Positions 1 through 13,400 of a stretch of 64,000 nt of DNA are shown one piece after another. Numbering within the stretch: the stretch's first letter is position 1; each line of letters opens with the position of its first letter. Source of the DNA: Anthoceros angustus (taxonomy: Eukaryota > Plantae > Anthocerotophyta); contig MU008210.1 of NCBI GenBank assembly GCA_010909165.1, positions 258,819-322,818 on the forward strand. Direction: 5' to 3'. The notes under the pieces are model-generated. The model was not told the origin of the DNA. It made no database searches and was given only the letters and a program-made list of their open reading frames with translations. The position numbers were made by a program, and so were the translations under genes.

Positions 1-1152
1 TTTCGTCCCTACCTCTAAGACTAACTCTTCCAACAATTTGAGCTCCCTCTTGTTACAAATTTGGGATTCGTCCCTAAGGCTCTGCTTGTGGCCTTCCACT
101 ATTTCCTACACTCTAATCTTCTACTCATCATCCCACTCATCATCATCCTCAATGCTCAACTCAACTCATCATCCTCCTCCTAATCTAACTTCACTTCAAG
201 CTCACTGGCCCCGGCTTGCTCTTACGGCATAACTGCCTGGGCTTTAGGGTGCCGCCTACAAGCCAGCAAGTTCTTCCTTGGTCCGGTTGCTATGAGTTTG
301 ACACCAGACAGCGAGAACCTCCAGGGAGTCTTTCCTTGTAGCTACCCTCAAGCCGAGAGTTCCTTGGGCATCGCCACACACCCAAAGCAAAGCAATTTCA
401 CAGCAGCCATTCACAAGGGAGCAAGGCGCCCTCTAACTCTCCCTCTACAATGCACCACTTGCCTGCTGAAAATTCACCAACTCCCGACCTACAACAACAC
501 AACACAACTGTAGGCCATGCCTCGTGGAAAGGAGCCCACCACGGCGTCCGGGGACCCCATGACCCACGCGATTTCGTCCCTACCTCTAAGACTAACTCTT
601 CCAACAATTTGAGCTCCCTCTTGTTACATTTGGGATTCGTCCCTAAGGCTCGCTTGTGGCCTTCCACTATTTCCTACACTCTAATCTTCTACTCATCATC
701 CCACTCATCATCCTCCTCAATGCTCAACTCAACTCATCATCCTCCTCCTAATCTAACTTCACTTCAAGCTCACGGCTCGCTCTTACGGCACAGGTTTAGG
801 GTGCCGCCTACAAGCCAGCAAGTTCTTCCTTGGGCCGGTTGCTATGAGTTTGACACCGCATGAGAACCTCCAGGAGTCTTTCCTTGTAGCTACCCTCAAG
901 CCGAGAGTTCCTTGGGCATCGCCACACACCCAAAGCAAAGCAATTTCACAAGGGGAGCAACTCGTCGAGGCGCCCGAGCGAGCCTCTACCAAGCACTCAC
1001 TACCAAACTTCCTCTCTACCGGACCTGCGTTAGCTTCTGGTACGAAATTCCTTCACAAGGAGCAAAGGACTCAGTATGGAAGTGCAAGACGTGATACTTT
1101 ACTGTGTAAAATCATCCTCCTCTTATAGGAGGATCCCCATATACAACCTCCC
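1..1152 (-). mobile_element. Ty3/gypsy family-A LTR sequence (reverse orientation), with an internal ~573-bp tandem duplication (1-573 vs 574-~960)
   Basis: Reverse complement aligns with 55441-56070 and with the related copies at 35612-36230 and 47440-47980. The opening TTTCGTCCCTACCTCTAAGACTAAC recurs at 574. Confidence 0.75.
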
Positions 1153-1180
1153 TCGGGAGGTTGTATATGGGGATCCTCCT
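1127..1180. repeat. Perfect 26-bp inverted repeat with 2-nt loop at the gypsy-LTR/copia junction
   Basis: AGGAGGATCCCCATATACAACCTCCC-TC-GGGAGGTTGTATATGGGGATCCTCCT. Confidence 0.95.
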
Positions 1181-1937
1181 GTTGCAACGCCTCTCTGTTT
1201 AGATATGAGGCTTAGCAAAGACCAATGTCCTGCAACCAATCACGAGGAGGAGGAGATGAAGAACATTCCTTACAGACAAGCAGTGGGCAGTATGATATTT
1301 GCCATGGTTGCAACTCGTCCAGATCTTGAGAAAGCTCGAGGTGCTGTGAGCCAATATATGCAAAATCCTGGAAAGCCACATTGGATTGCAGTGAAGAGGA
1401 TAATGAGGTACTTGAAAGTCACACATGACATGTACCTTGAGTTTTCAGGTTCAAATGAAGGACACGTCTTGCTTGGATATTGTGACTGGATTGGGGAGCG
1501 ATCTTGATGATCGGAGGTCCACAACCGGATATGTTTTATCCTAGGGGAGGTGCCATCGGTTGGAATAGCAAAGCAACCAACTGTTGCAATGTCTGATGGA
1601 GGCTGAGTACATGGCATCCACACAAGCTACAAAGGAAGCCATTTGGTTGAGAAGGTTCATGGAAGAAATTGGGTATCAACAAGTGTACCCAACTGTTCTT
1701 CAAAGTGACAACCAGGGAAGCATGGCATTGATCAAGAACCCTGTGCACCACTCAAGGACAAAGCATATTGATATCAAACATCACTTTGTTCGTGAAAGGG
1801 TGAAATCATTGGAGGTTCCATTTGAGTATTGCAAAACAGAGGATATGGCTGCAGATTTCTTTACCAAGACTTCGAGCAAGTTCAAGTTTGAGAAGTGTAG
1901 AGAGGTAGTTGGATTAAGGCAAACTCAGGTGCGCTGA
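1181..1937 (+). pseudogene. Ty1/copia pol remnant: RT C-terminus plus RNase H, 5'-truncated and frameshifted
   Basis: IPYRQAVGSMIFAMVATRPDL, HWIAVKRIMRYLK, EAEYMASTQATKEAIWL, SDNQG, RTKHIDIKHHFVRE, MAADFFTK. Confidence 0.95.
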
Positions 1938-1944
1938 GTGGGAG

Positions 1945-2214
1945 TGTTGAGGATGCAGCTTCGAGTTTGTTAAGATGGATATGACTATGTAAAAGATGTA
2001 GGTGATTGAGCTTACTATAAGTATATAGAAGTGGGTAAATGGGAAACATATACCCCATATTGAGTAGGAAACGTGAGTGACACTTTTAGGGTTTAAAAGG
2101 GTGAGACCAGCTAGCTATAGTAGGTTCAGCTCTTTGACTATTGTCTTTGTGTTGTTTGCTCAAAGTTGCTCTTTACTTGTGTTTTAAGGCCTCGTTTAGT
2201 TTTGCAATTGAACA
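1945..2214 (+). mobile_element. Copia 3' LTR (~270 bp, canonical TG...CA), preceded by PPT GAGTGGGAG
   Basis: Starts TGTTGAGG right after the pol stop and purine tract; ends TTGAACA; second copy at 3743-4005. Confidence 0.85.
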
Positions 2215-2215
2215 C

Positions 2216-3151
2216 TTACTTTCTTGACACTTGTGACCCTCTTGAAGCATGGCTAGCTTCCAATCTCAACAGATCAGCCTTGATCCTAACTAGTCTATTC
2301 GCCGAATTAAGGTGTAGGTTGCGATATTTGTTCTTCAAATCTTCCAAGTCTGCAGGCCACTTGCCTGTCTCACACTTCGTGTGCAAGGCATCCCTTTCCA
2401 TAGCCAACTGCCCCACTTATATGGACATAGCGTGATACCCTTCTCCGCATCATGGATGCGCCTCAACATCCTCTTTTGCGGGCATGATCGGCTCGAACCT
2501 TCTCTTACGCACAACCATCAAGCGGCGTACCATGTCTTCAACTTTCTTGCAACTCTCTTCCTCTTGCGAGGCCCTACGATTAGCTTCACTCACAGCCCCT
2601 TGGCTTCTTCTAACTCGCTTGGAGGAGTCCCATGACTCTTGTAGAGTCTCCTTCTCCCTTCTCAATTCTCCTACCTCGAGGTCCTTGCCATTTAATAAGT
2701 CATCCTTAGCCTTTGCAAGGCCCTGGACCTCCTTTACATCCTTCTTGGCCATCGCCACGGCATACACCAACTGTCGGACTTGTTCTCGCATCCCTCGATT
2801 CTCCAAGGCCCATCCTTCCTTCTCCTTAGCGCGTGTCACCATAATGCCATCCAATTCTTGCACCATCTCTTGATGCCTCAACTCAGCTCCCTCAAGGTCC
2901 AATGTAAGTCGCTTTTCCCTTTCAGTAAACCTACCTACACTTGACTCTAGCTCTACAATCCTAGTTTGAGCTGCCCTTAATTCTTCTGTATCCACATTTC
3001 CTACCGGGGCAGCCCCAACGGCTAGGCCTAAATATCGGTTCGCCAGGGTACGGCTTGGCGAACCGACATGCCATGCCATGAGCATGGCCTTCCTCTCCCT
3101 GCCCCTCTCTCTCGTATCCGTGCCAACCCGCGATCGGGCCACCGGGGGCAA
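2216..3151 (-). pseudogene. C-terminal coiled-coil part of a retrotransposon accessory ORF (copy 1; duplicate of 4007-4921)
   Basis: ORFs 2450-3151 and 2216-2416: heptad-rich EELRAAQTRIVELESSVGR...DLEDLKNKYRNL; near-identical to 4007-4921. Confidence 0.7.
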
Positions 3152-3524
3152 GGGGAACTAATTCAAGTTCCGTGTCACGAATACCGGCTATACTCGCACG
3201 ATACAAAGTCGAACTCGTCGGCCGCATCATTGAAAGAAAATTTCCCTCCACCGGGCCTCACAGGCGCAAAGGACAATGCGATATAACCTCATCCATCACT
3301 TGAGCACGGTTATGCTAGCCCTTCCTACCTTGAGGTCCTTGCTATCTCACACTTCGTGTGCAAGGCATCCCTTTCCATAGCCTTCTCAATTCTCCTTCTC
3401 CTTCTCAATTCTCCTACCTCGAGGTCCTTGCCCAAGTTCCGCCGACTTGCTAGTTTCTCCTTCTCTTCCTCGGTGCTGGCATAAATAAGAGAGAGGAGTA
3501 GGAGAGGAAGGCCATGCTCATGGC

Positions 3525-4005
3525 ATGGCATTGATCAAGAACCACATGCACCACTCAAGGACAAAGCATATTGATATCCAACATCACTTTGTTCGTGAAA
3601 GGGTGAAATCATTGGAGGTTCCATTTGAGTATTGCAAACGGAGGATATGGCTGCAGATTTCTTTACCAAGGCTTGAGCAAGTTCAAGTTTGAGAAGTGTA
3701 GAGAGGTAGTTGGATTAAGGCAAACTCAGTGCTGAGTGGGATTGTTGATGCAGCTTCGAGTTTGTTAAGATGGATATGACTATGCGTAAAAGATGTAGGT
3801 GATTGAGCAGTATATAGAAGTGGGTAAATGGGAAACATATACCCCATATTGAGTAGGAAACGTGAGTGACACTTTTAGGGTTTAAAAGGGTGAGACCAGC
3901 TAGCTATAGTAGGTTCAGCTCTTTGACTATTGTCTTTGTGTTCTATGCTCAAAGTTGCTCTTTACTTGTGTTTTAAGGCCTCGTTTAGTTTTGCAAATCT
4001 GAACA
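3525..4005 (+). mobile_element. Duplicated copia RNase H tail plus LTR (LTR 3743-4005)
   Basis: Near-identical to 1725-2214; differences are mostly small indels. Confidence 0.85.
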
Positions 4006-4006
4006 C

Positions 4007-7000
4007 TTACTTTCTTGACACTTGTGACCCTCTTGAAGCATGGCTAGCTTCCAATCTCAACAGATCAGCCTTGATCCTAACTAGTCTATTCGCCGAATTA
4101 AGATGTAGGTTGCGATATTTGTTCTTCAAATCTTCCAAGTCTGCAGGCCACTTGCCTGTCTCACACTTCGTGTGCAAGGCATCCCTTTCCATAGCCAACT
4201 GCCCCACTTATATGGACATAGCGTGATACCCTTCTCCGCATCATGGATGCGCCTCAACATCCTCTTTTGCAGGGCATGATCGTCTCTGAACCTTCTCTTA
4301 CGCACAACCATCAAGCAACGTACCATGTCTTCAACTTTCTTGCAACTCTCTTCCTCTTGCGAGGCCCTACGATTAGCTTCACTCACAGCTCCCTTGGCTT
4401 CTTCTAACTCTGCTTGGAGGGAGTCCCATGACTCTTGTAGGGTCTCCTTCTCCCTTCTCAATTCTCCTACCTCGAGGTCCTTGCCATTTAATAACTCATC
4501 CTTAGTCTTCGCAAGGCCCTAGACCTCCTTTACATCCTTCTTGGCCATCGCCACACCAAGCTCGGACTTGTTCTCGCATCCCTCTATTCTCCAAGGCCCA
4601 TCCTTCCTTCTCCTTAGCGCGTGTCACCATAATGCCATCCAACTCTTGCACCATCTCTTGATGCCTCAACTCAGCTCCCTCAAGCTCCAATGTAAGTCGC
4701 TTTTCCCTTTCAGTAAGCCTACCTACACTTGACTCTAGCTCTACAATCCTAGTTTGAGCTGCCCTTAATTCTTCTGTATCCACATTTCCTACCGGGGCAG
4801 CCCCAACTGCTAGGCCTAAATATCGGTTCGCCAGAGTACGGCTTGGCGAACCGACATGCCATGCCATGAGCATGGCCTTCCTCTCCCCTCTCTCTCGTAT
4901 CCGTGCCAGCGATCGGGCCACGGGGCAAGGGAACTAATTCAAGTTCCGTGTCACGAATACCGGCTATACTGCACGATACAAAGTCGAACTCGTCGACGCA
5001 TCATTGAAAGAAAATTTCCCTCCACCGGGCCTCAAGGCGCAAAGGACAATGCGCTCCCTACTTGGTTATGCTAGCCCTTCCTACCATTCTCTTCCTTGCA
5101 CCAAGTTCCGCCGACTTAGTTTCTCCTTCTCTTCCACCCATACGGCTCTTCTTGCAACTTCCTTCGCAATGGAAGCGCCTTGACTCTCTCAACAAGAGCT
5201 TTTCACTCTCCACCGCCGTGGAGGTGGCTCAACTCACCTCTTCCTACCATTCTCTTCCTCGGTGCTCTCACTAGATGAACCTCTTCTTCTTCTTCCTCCG
5301 TCTGCGTAGGACACCGAAGTAGGCAGGATCCTCCATCGCTTCCTTTTCTTCCCGTCTCTTGTTGCGGGGACTTCTCTCACGGGCTTAGGGATTCCTGCAT
5401 CCAATGGTACCTCTTGGAAATCCATCTTAGAAAACTCCAATTCTCCCTGCTTCAATAATCCTTGGAGCTCATAAATATGAATCGGGTAGGTGGAGAGGTG
5501 CGTATTTCTGCGTGCTCTTGGATTCCTGCATCCAATGGTACCTCTTGGAAATCCATCTTAGAAAACTCCAATTCTCCTTCTCTTCCTCGGTGCTCTCACT
5601 AGCGAGCCCCAACACCTATAAAGGTACCTAGTTCTACTCCTTCCCGCTGATTTACGAGGGTAGCCCCACTTAGGAGGGTAGCTACAACATGGGCAAGTCT
5701 CCTCGCATCCAAGGTCCTTGCTATCTCACACATGCGCCATGCCTCTCTCAAAGTGTCCAAGTCGCCACGGATGTTTGAGACATCCATGGGTTGTTCCAAT
5801 TCCAAAACCATGTCATCCTCTAGCTCCACTCTCTGGCTCATGTGGCGCTTTGGCCCCTCCATAAGCCTCCACATGCCATGCCATGCCATGCCATGCCATG
5901 AGCATGGCCTTCTTAGGTGCAGGCGCTTTCACCATCTTGCACCCTAGCCACACCGTCATAGGGGACTCGACCTACGCTCACTCCCTACCTCGAGGTCCTT
6001 GCCCTAGCTTTCCCTTGCATGCACAAGCTCTTCCTCGGTGCTCTCACTAGATGAACCTCTTCTCCTTGCACACAAAATCCACCAAGAAGAATCTTTACAA
6101 ACATTCTCCATTTCTCTTCTCTTCCACCCATACCACTCTTCTTGCAACTTCCTTCGCAATGGAAGCTGCCTTGACTCTCAACAAGAGCTTTTCACTCTCC
6201 ACCGCCGTAGGAGGTGGCTCCGACTCACCTCTTCCTACCATTCTCTTCCTCGGTGCTCTCACTAGATGAACCTCTTCTTCTTCTTCTTCCTCGTCTGCGT
6301 AGGACACCGAAGTAGGCAGGATCCTCCATCGCTTCCTTTTCTTCCCGTCTCTTGTTGCGGGGACTTCTCTCACGGGCTTAGGGATTCCTGCATCCAATGG
6401 TACCTCTTGGAAATCCATCTTAGAAAACTCCAATTCTCCCTGCTTCAATAATCCTTGGAGCTCATAAATATGAATCGGGTAGGTGGAGAGGTGCGTATTT
6501 CTGCGTGCTCTTGGATTCCTGGCATTGGGCATAAGCAACCTTGCGCGATGTGCAGTATAAACATCATACATTACCATTCCCCAATCCGAAGTAGCCCCCC
6601 TAGACAACCTCCAAATGAAATACAACTGTGCATCACTAAGATGTCTTCCGTTGAGCACTCACCAATCCAAGAAGAATCTTTACAAACATTCTCCATTTCT
6701 CTTGCATCAACCACCTTTCCTCTAGACTTATGCGTCGTAACATGTCCATGGCCTTCTTAAGCAGCTCATGACAATTCCTATTCTCCTTTTTCTCTTCTCC
6801 TTTCTCCTCAACCTTCCTTTCAAGCTCCATGATTGCAATCCCCTCTTCAGCCTCCTCATTTGGCCTTCCATGTACCTGTCGAATGTGTTGGGTTGTCCGG
6901 CACCCTGGATCAGTCCTTGCATCCCTATTTTCCAGTTCCTCAAGTTCCTGCCGTGGCATGTTGAAATTTATAAAGCATTCCTCTATCATCTCCAAGTTGA

Positions 7001-7163
7001 CGTAGGCCCAATGGCGGCCATACACCCATTGCAATTGTATGTTGGGCTCTCCAGCAAACCGTCTGAATGCCACCAAATGCCTAGCCTCCACACACAACTT
7101 CTTATGCACGCACACCTCCTTCTCCTTGCACACACCTCCTTCTCCTTGCACACACATGGGCAC
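4007..7163 (-). pseudogene. Gypsy accessory ORF type 1 (fragmented): N-terminal plant-transposon-protein-like domain, acidic linker, long coiled coil
   Basis: Pieces 6636-7163, 6095-6658, 5599-5889, 4502-4921, 4126-4461 and 4007-4207 join into one protein. Motif FVKILLGLVSAQRK...IWRLSRGATSDWGMVMYD is shared with ORFs at 9627 and 12750. Confidence 0.65.
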
Positions 7164-7499
7164 CGCGTTCTTACCGAGTCCTTGCCCTAGCTTTCCCTTG
7201 CATGCACAAGCTCTTCCTCGCGATTCCTCGCAGGCTTCCTAGGTGCCACTCCCTACACACCCAGCTCGCATGGCCCTTTGGTAGTGACAGTGAAACTAGC
7301 CCGTTGATTCCTTGCCATGTGGCACCATTTCCACCATCCTCTATTTAGCAGCCCTATCTGTTAAAAGCACCCTACACTACGTACCCTACATATTTATATT
7401 CTATTATTCCTAATATATCCTATTTATCCACAACCTTGCATATACAATCCTTTTAACAACTTCCTAGGTTGGAACACCTAATATGGAAAGCTTGCTTCC

Positions 7500-9150
7500 C
7501 AAGGTATCCAAGTAGGGTGTCGCACCCCACTTCCACTTGCGTGAGTCCTCACCACTCCTTATGGTAGGAAGACCTCTCATCCTACCTACCTATCTCCCCA
7601 ACTACCGTCCGTGAGCCCCGCCACCCTCGTCCTATCTATGTATGGTCACCCTTATCATCCTAAGCCTCATCTATGTAGGCCCTTGCCACCCTACGCCTCA
7701 TCTATGTAGGGTCACCCTTGCCACCCTCGTCTCATCTATGTAGGGTCACCCTTGCCACCCTACATACTATCTACCAAAAGAGCCTCTCCGTCCACATGTA
7801 GGCGCTCCCCTACTTACTCCCTCGTGTAGGGACACGGTGTCGTCTTACCCACATACATACATGCAGGGACCCATGACCTATCTATGTAGGGTCACCTTTG
7901 TCACCCTACGTCTCATCTTTGTAGGACTAGCTTTTGACACTCTAGGCGGCTTAAACATGTCCATGGCCTTCTTAAGCAGCTCATGACAATTCCTATTCTC
8001 CTTTTCTCTTCTCCTTCTCCTCAACCTTCCTTTCAAGCTCCATGATTGCAATCCCTCTTGACCTCCTCATTTGGCCTTCCATGTACATCGGATGTGTTGG
8101 GTTGTCACCCTACGCCTCATCTATGTATGGTCACCCTTGCATCCCTATTTTCCAGTTCCTCAAGTTCTGCCGTGGCATGTTGAAATTATAAAGCATTCCT
8201 CTATCATCTCCAAGTTGACGTAGGCCCAATGCCATACACCCATTGCAATTGTATGTTGGGCTCTCCAAATGAATGCCACCAAATGCCTAGCCTCCACATG
8301 CGGGAAGCAATTCCTTCACACACAACTTCTTATGCACGCACACCTCCTTCTCCTTGCATGCACAGCGTTCTCACCGAGTCCTTGCCCTAGCTTTCCCTTG
8401 CATGCACAAGCTCTTCCTCGCGATTCCTCGCAGGCTTCCTAGGTGCCACTCCCTACACACCCAGCTCGCATGGCCCTTTGGTAGTGACAGTGAAACTAGC
8501 CCGTTGATTCCTTGCCATGTGGCACCATTTCCACCATCCTCTATTTAGCAGCCCTATCTGTTAAAAGCACCCTACACTACGTACCCTACATATTTATGTT
8601 CTATTATTCCTAATATATCCTATTTATCCACAACCTTGCATATACAGTCCTTTTTAACAACTTCCTAGGTTGGAACCTACCTAATATGGAAAGCTTGCTT
8701 CCCAAGGTATCCAAGTAGGGTGTCGCACCCCACTTCCACTGCCCACGTAGGGAGTCCTCACCACTCCTTATGGTAGGAAGACCTCTCATCCTACCTACCT
8801 ATCTCCCCAACTACCGTCCGTAGGGAGCCCCTGCCACCCTACGTCCTATCTATGTATGGTCACCCTTATCATCCTAAGCCTCATCTATGTAGGCCCTTGC
8901 CACCCTCGCCTCATCTATGTAGGGTCACCCTTGCCACCCTCGTCTCATCTATGTAGGGTCACCCTTGCCACCCTACATACTATCTACCAAAAGAGCCTCT
9001 CCGTCCACATGTAGGCGCTCCCCTACTTACTCCCTCGTGTAGGGACACGGTGTCGTCTTACCCACATACATACATGCAGGGACCCATGACCTATCTATGT
9101 AAGGTCACCTTTGTCACCCTACGCCTCGTCTATGTAGGGCTAGCTTTTGA
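7500..9150. repeat. Short-unit repeat zone (CACCCTTGCCACCCTAC / TATGTAGGGTCACCC), present twice because of a ~1.2-kb tandem duplication (6740-7940 vs 7950-9150)
   Basis: Motif recurs many times at 7600-7930 and 8820-9140; related zones at 33420-33520, 34400-34860, 49100-49500 and 50690-50990. Confidence 0.8.
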
Positions 9151-9421
9151 CACTCTACGCATTGGCTTAAACTGTCCATGTAGGGAGCTCCTCTCCATTC
9201 TTGTAGGGCCAGCTACCACCTTACACCTACCCCTCGTAGGGTGCACCTCCCTATGGTAGGGAGTACCATGTCCTATATCTATAGGATAACATACCCTTCC
9301 TACCCATCTTTCCCTTGTGTAGGGGCTGCCTGCCACATCATTCACACTCGCTTCCTCCTATATGCAACTCCTTCCTCCATGCAAGTGGTTTGCCTCTACC
9401 TAGATCTCTACTTGCACTCAC

Positions 9422-10124
9422 TTGCGTCTAAGCTTCCACAAAGAAATACCTAGCAAATTCTTTTGGCACTTTTCCGAGTCCGTTTTGATCCAAGTTTTGT
9501 CAATTCTAACCAAAAAAAATAAAGGGCCCAAACTTTTGCATTTCACAAGGCAATGGACGAAGGAGGATAACATCCAATTGGGATGGGGGTATGGCCACCA
9601 ATGGGCCTACACCAATTTAGAGCTGATTGAAGAATGCTATGTCAATCTTCACCAATCAGAGGCAGCCCTGGCCGCGTTGCGAGAGAGGAATGCTAGGACT
9701 GGTCCCCATTGGACAATCGGGAGCATTCGTCGGTGTATGGAAGACCGAGGAGGAAAGCTCAAGTTGCTCTTACATACCCGAGGTTTTGGACCTCATCGAT
9801 GGAGGGATGAAGGCCAAAACCAAAAGCAGCTGGAAGACGGAGAACATCAGGGAGCTCAAGTGGATGCTCTTCTCCAAAATTGTCTTGGGGTTAGTAAATT
9901 ATCAGCGCACCTCTTATTTCAGCACCAACTTCTTACAATTCTTGTGGAAGATTGTAAGAAGAGCCAAGCCGGATTGGGGAACAATCATGTATGAGGCTTA
10001 CATCCACCATAGGGAGAAGCTCCTCAAGCCCATACCACCCTCTTTCTCGCACTGCACGCGGATCAAGAGCATCTGGTCAACGAAGATATTATTGTCCCAA
10101 TGTATAAGAAACAAAGTCCTGTAG
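9422..10124 (+). pseudogene. Gypsy accessory ORF type 2 (N-terminal domain), inverted relative to types 1 and 3
   Basis: NIQLGWGYGHQWAYTNLELIEECYVNL matches NIQLQWVYGRHWAYVNLEMIEECFINF (6636-7163); also FSKIVLGLV...PDWGTIMYE. Confidence 0.7.
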
Positions 10125-10456
10125 AATTCCCAAAGCGAGAGTATAGTCTTATGATTGGTGGTTCGAGTGAAAGGTTGGTCTTGCAAACAAACTTGCGCAC
10201 TAGAATCACAAGCCCCAAGAACTCTAAATGTTTGCACACGTGCGATTGTGAGAATGACCTTCTTTTAGGAAGGCTAAGAATTGGATAAAGTTTAAAATCA
10301 AATACGTTTGTGCGTATATAAGACCTAGACTCTTCAAAATGGCCGTTTTATTGCGGATTTTTAGCATGCAATTTAGGGTTTGCGAAGTCCGTGTGCAAAA
10401 GGGGTTACCAGAGAAACCCTTTCTACCTAGATACCACTATTAAGGGATATTCCAGC

Positions 10457-13400
10457 CTAACCTCTTGAATGAGGAGCAGCCCAAGTTTTAAAGTTGGCAT
10501 GCCCTCGAGGCGTTAGGATGCAGATCCGTCTCCTCTTCCTCCTCGTTGTATTTTTCCTCAATGGCTTCCGGAGGTTGTTGTAGTAAGTGGCCACTCTGCA
10601 ACTTTCCCTCTTTTGTGTGTCCATGATTGACTTGTAGTGGGTTGACGCGTTCTTTCCACTCAACCATATCGCCACCTTCGTTCGGTCTCTCTTCGATCTC
10701 CGCCCTTTCCGGTTCAAGGTGAGCTTCCCAATCTCTTCATCTTTTGCTTGGCTTGTCACCAAGCGCTTCACCGCCGTGGCTCTAGCTTGTTCTTCCACGA
10801 GAGCTTGTCGCCTTTAGGGTGTGTCGAACCGTCAGCACTTCCTTCCTACAATTCCTTGCCTCCGTCCCGTAGGCATTGGCAAGGTGGTTTGATTGCTATC
10901 GCTGCTGGTCCAGGAGTTCCCTTGTGATGCGGAGCTCCTCCCTAAGTCCTCTAGCCACGTTGTCCCATTCCTGTTTCTCACTTGCTAGGCCATCAGATTT
11001 CCCTTTATAGTATTCCTTTCACTTGTCCATGGCCAGCAATCTCTTTTGTAGGAGGTCCTTCTCATCTTCAAGGTCCTTTCAGGCCTTGCTAGCTGTGGTA
11101 GTGGCTGCCTCCTTTTCTCGATTCACTTCTCCTACCCTTTCTAGTGCCGCTCTCAAACGCTCTTCCGCCTGACTCTTGGCGGCTTCCATCTCCTCAGCCT
11201 TCTTGGTTAAACTGGCTTCCCTCCCCAAGACTTGGTCTATCATTTCCCACACATTCATCAACTTCGTGGTGAGTCTATCTCGCTCTTTGGCCAAGTCCAC
11301 GACAGAGTGTTGCTTCTCGGAGGTTCTCTTCAGAGCTCCCATGAGCTTCTTGTCCACATCATCCAACTCCTTCTTCACATCCCGAAGTTCAGCACGAACT
11401 TCAGCCGCTTCCCTCAAACTTTCTACCAGGGCATCTACTAGCTCTAGTCCAATCTCCTACAGCTCGGTAACCATTCTCCGAAAGATTCCGTGCTCTCATC
11501 ACACCTCCCTCGCTCCTCTTCCTCCTCGTTGTATTTTTCCTCAATGGCTTCCGGAGGTTGTTGTAGTAAGTGGCCACTCTGCAACTTTCCCTCTTTGTGT
11601 GTCCATGATTGACTTGTAGTGGGTTGACGCGTTCTTTCCACTCAACCATATCGCCACCTTCGTTCTGTCTCTCTTCGATCTCCGCCCTTTCCGGTTCAAG
11701 GTGAGCTTCCCAATCTCTTCATCTTTTGCTTGGCTTGTCACCAAGCGCTTCCTTCTTGTGGCTCTAGCTTGTTCTTCCACGAGAGCTTGTCGCCTTTAGG
11801 GTGTGTCGAACCGTCGGCACTTCCTTCCTGCAGTTCCTTGCCTCTGTCCCGTAGGCATTAGCAAGGTGGTTCGATTGCTGTCGCTGCTGGTCCAGAGTTC
11901 CCTCGTGATGCGGAGCTCCTCCCTGAGTCCTCTAGCCACATTGTCCCATTCCTGCTTCTCACTTGCTAGGCCATTAGATTTCCCTTTGTATATTCCTTTC
12001 GCTTGTCCATGGCCAGCAATCTCTTCTGTAGAAGGTCCTTCTCATCTTCAAGGTCCTTTCGGGCCTTGCTAGCTGTGGTAGTAGCTGCCTCCTTCTCCCT
12101 GTTCACTTCTCCTACCCTTTCCAGGGCCGTTCTCAAATGTTCTTCTGCCTCATTCTTGGCGGCTTCCATCTCCTCGGCCTTCTTGGTTAAACCGGCTTCC
12201 CTCCCCAAGACTTGGTCTATCATTTCCACACATTCATCAACTTTGTGGTGAGTCTATCTCGCTCTTTGGCCAAGTCCACGACAGAGTGTTGCTTCTCGGA
12301 GGTTCTCTTCAGAGCTCCCATGAGCTTCTTGTCCACATCATCCAACTCCTTCTTCACATCCCGAAGTTCAGCACGAACTTCAGCCGCTTCCCTCAAACTT
12401 TCTACCAGGGCATCTACTAGCTCTAGTCCAATCTCCTACAGCTCGGTAACCATTCTCTGAAAGATTCCACGTGCTCTCATCACACCTCCTACTGCTCCTC
12501 TTGCTGGTGCGTAGGTCACCAACATTCCTCGGCGGTCTTCCTTGTCGCCCTCTACTCCCATGGCGACAAGCCCGTCCTGTCCTCCTTTGGTAGGAGCTTG
12601 TTCTCCTACTGTAGGTCCCTCTTCTGCTGTAGCTCCTCCCGTAGGAGCTACTTCCTTCGTAGGTAGTCCGGTTTCTACCGGGCCATCCCCTGCTGGTGGT
12701 GACTGCCTACCAATGTGAAGCCCCATGGTAGGTGGTCAGGAGTCCTTTCCTACCTTCTCCGTAGGAGGCGCCATAGCTCCTTCTCCTTCCCTTGTCGTTC
12801 TTGGTTCACGATCCACGAGGCTTCATCTTTGGTGGGGTGGGGTGGTGGTCTCTTTCCAGATGGTCGACTGTCTACCTCCTCCTGGTCCTCTGCTGCCATG
12901 GACGGCTCTCCTTCCACCACTCGGACCAAGGAAGCTTCTATCTTAGCTTCCTCCAGTTCCTCCTCCTTTAGAACTTCCTCCCTATGGTATAGATGCACTA
13001 GGAAGGTGGAGACAAAACTGATTTTGGCCTCCTCACTCATCAAATGATTCCTATGAGCCACCACCTGCTCATAGAGAATGCTTGCCCAATCTACCAACTT
13101 GCCCTTGGACATCTCATAGATCATCATAAGGTGGGAATTGCCTATGTAGGTCTTCCTAGCGGCACAGATCAATCCCAGCCAAATCTTGGCGAAGAGATTC
13201 CACTTCCTCTCCTTGAACATGGAAACTCGCCAACCATTACCAGGAGACCAAACTCCTCCTTGGGTCGTAGGAACATATCCATGGTCGCTTTCAAAATCTG
13301 ATTCTTGGAAAACTGGGCCGATGGGATGATTCCTCCTTTGTGCGCCTCGGGTATCAAGTACGTTTGCTGGAAATGGCGCACCTTCCACGTTCTAGGATGA

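Noticed and set aside
2086-2096. Telomere-like TTTAGGG motifs (also ~10372, ~22896)
   Set aside because: Isolated single units, not arrays.
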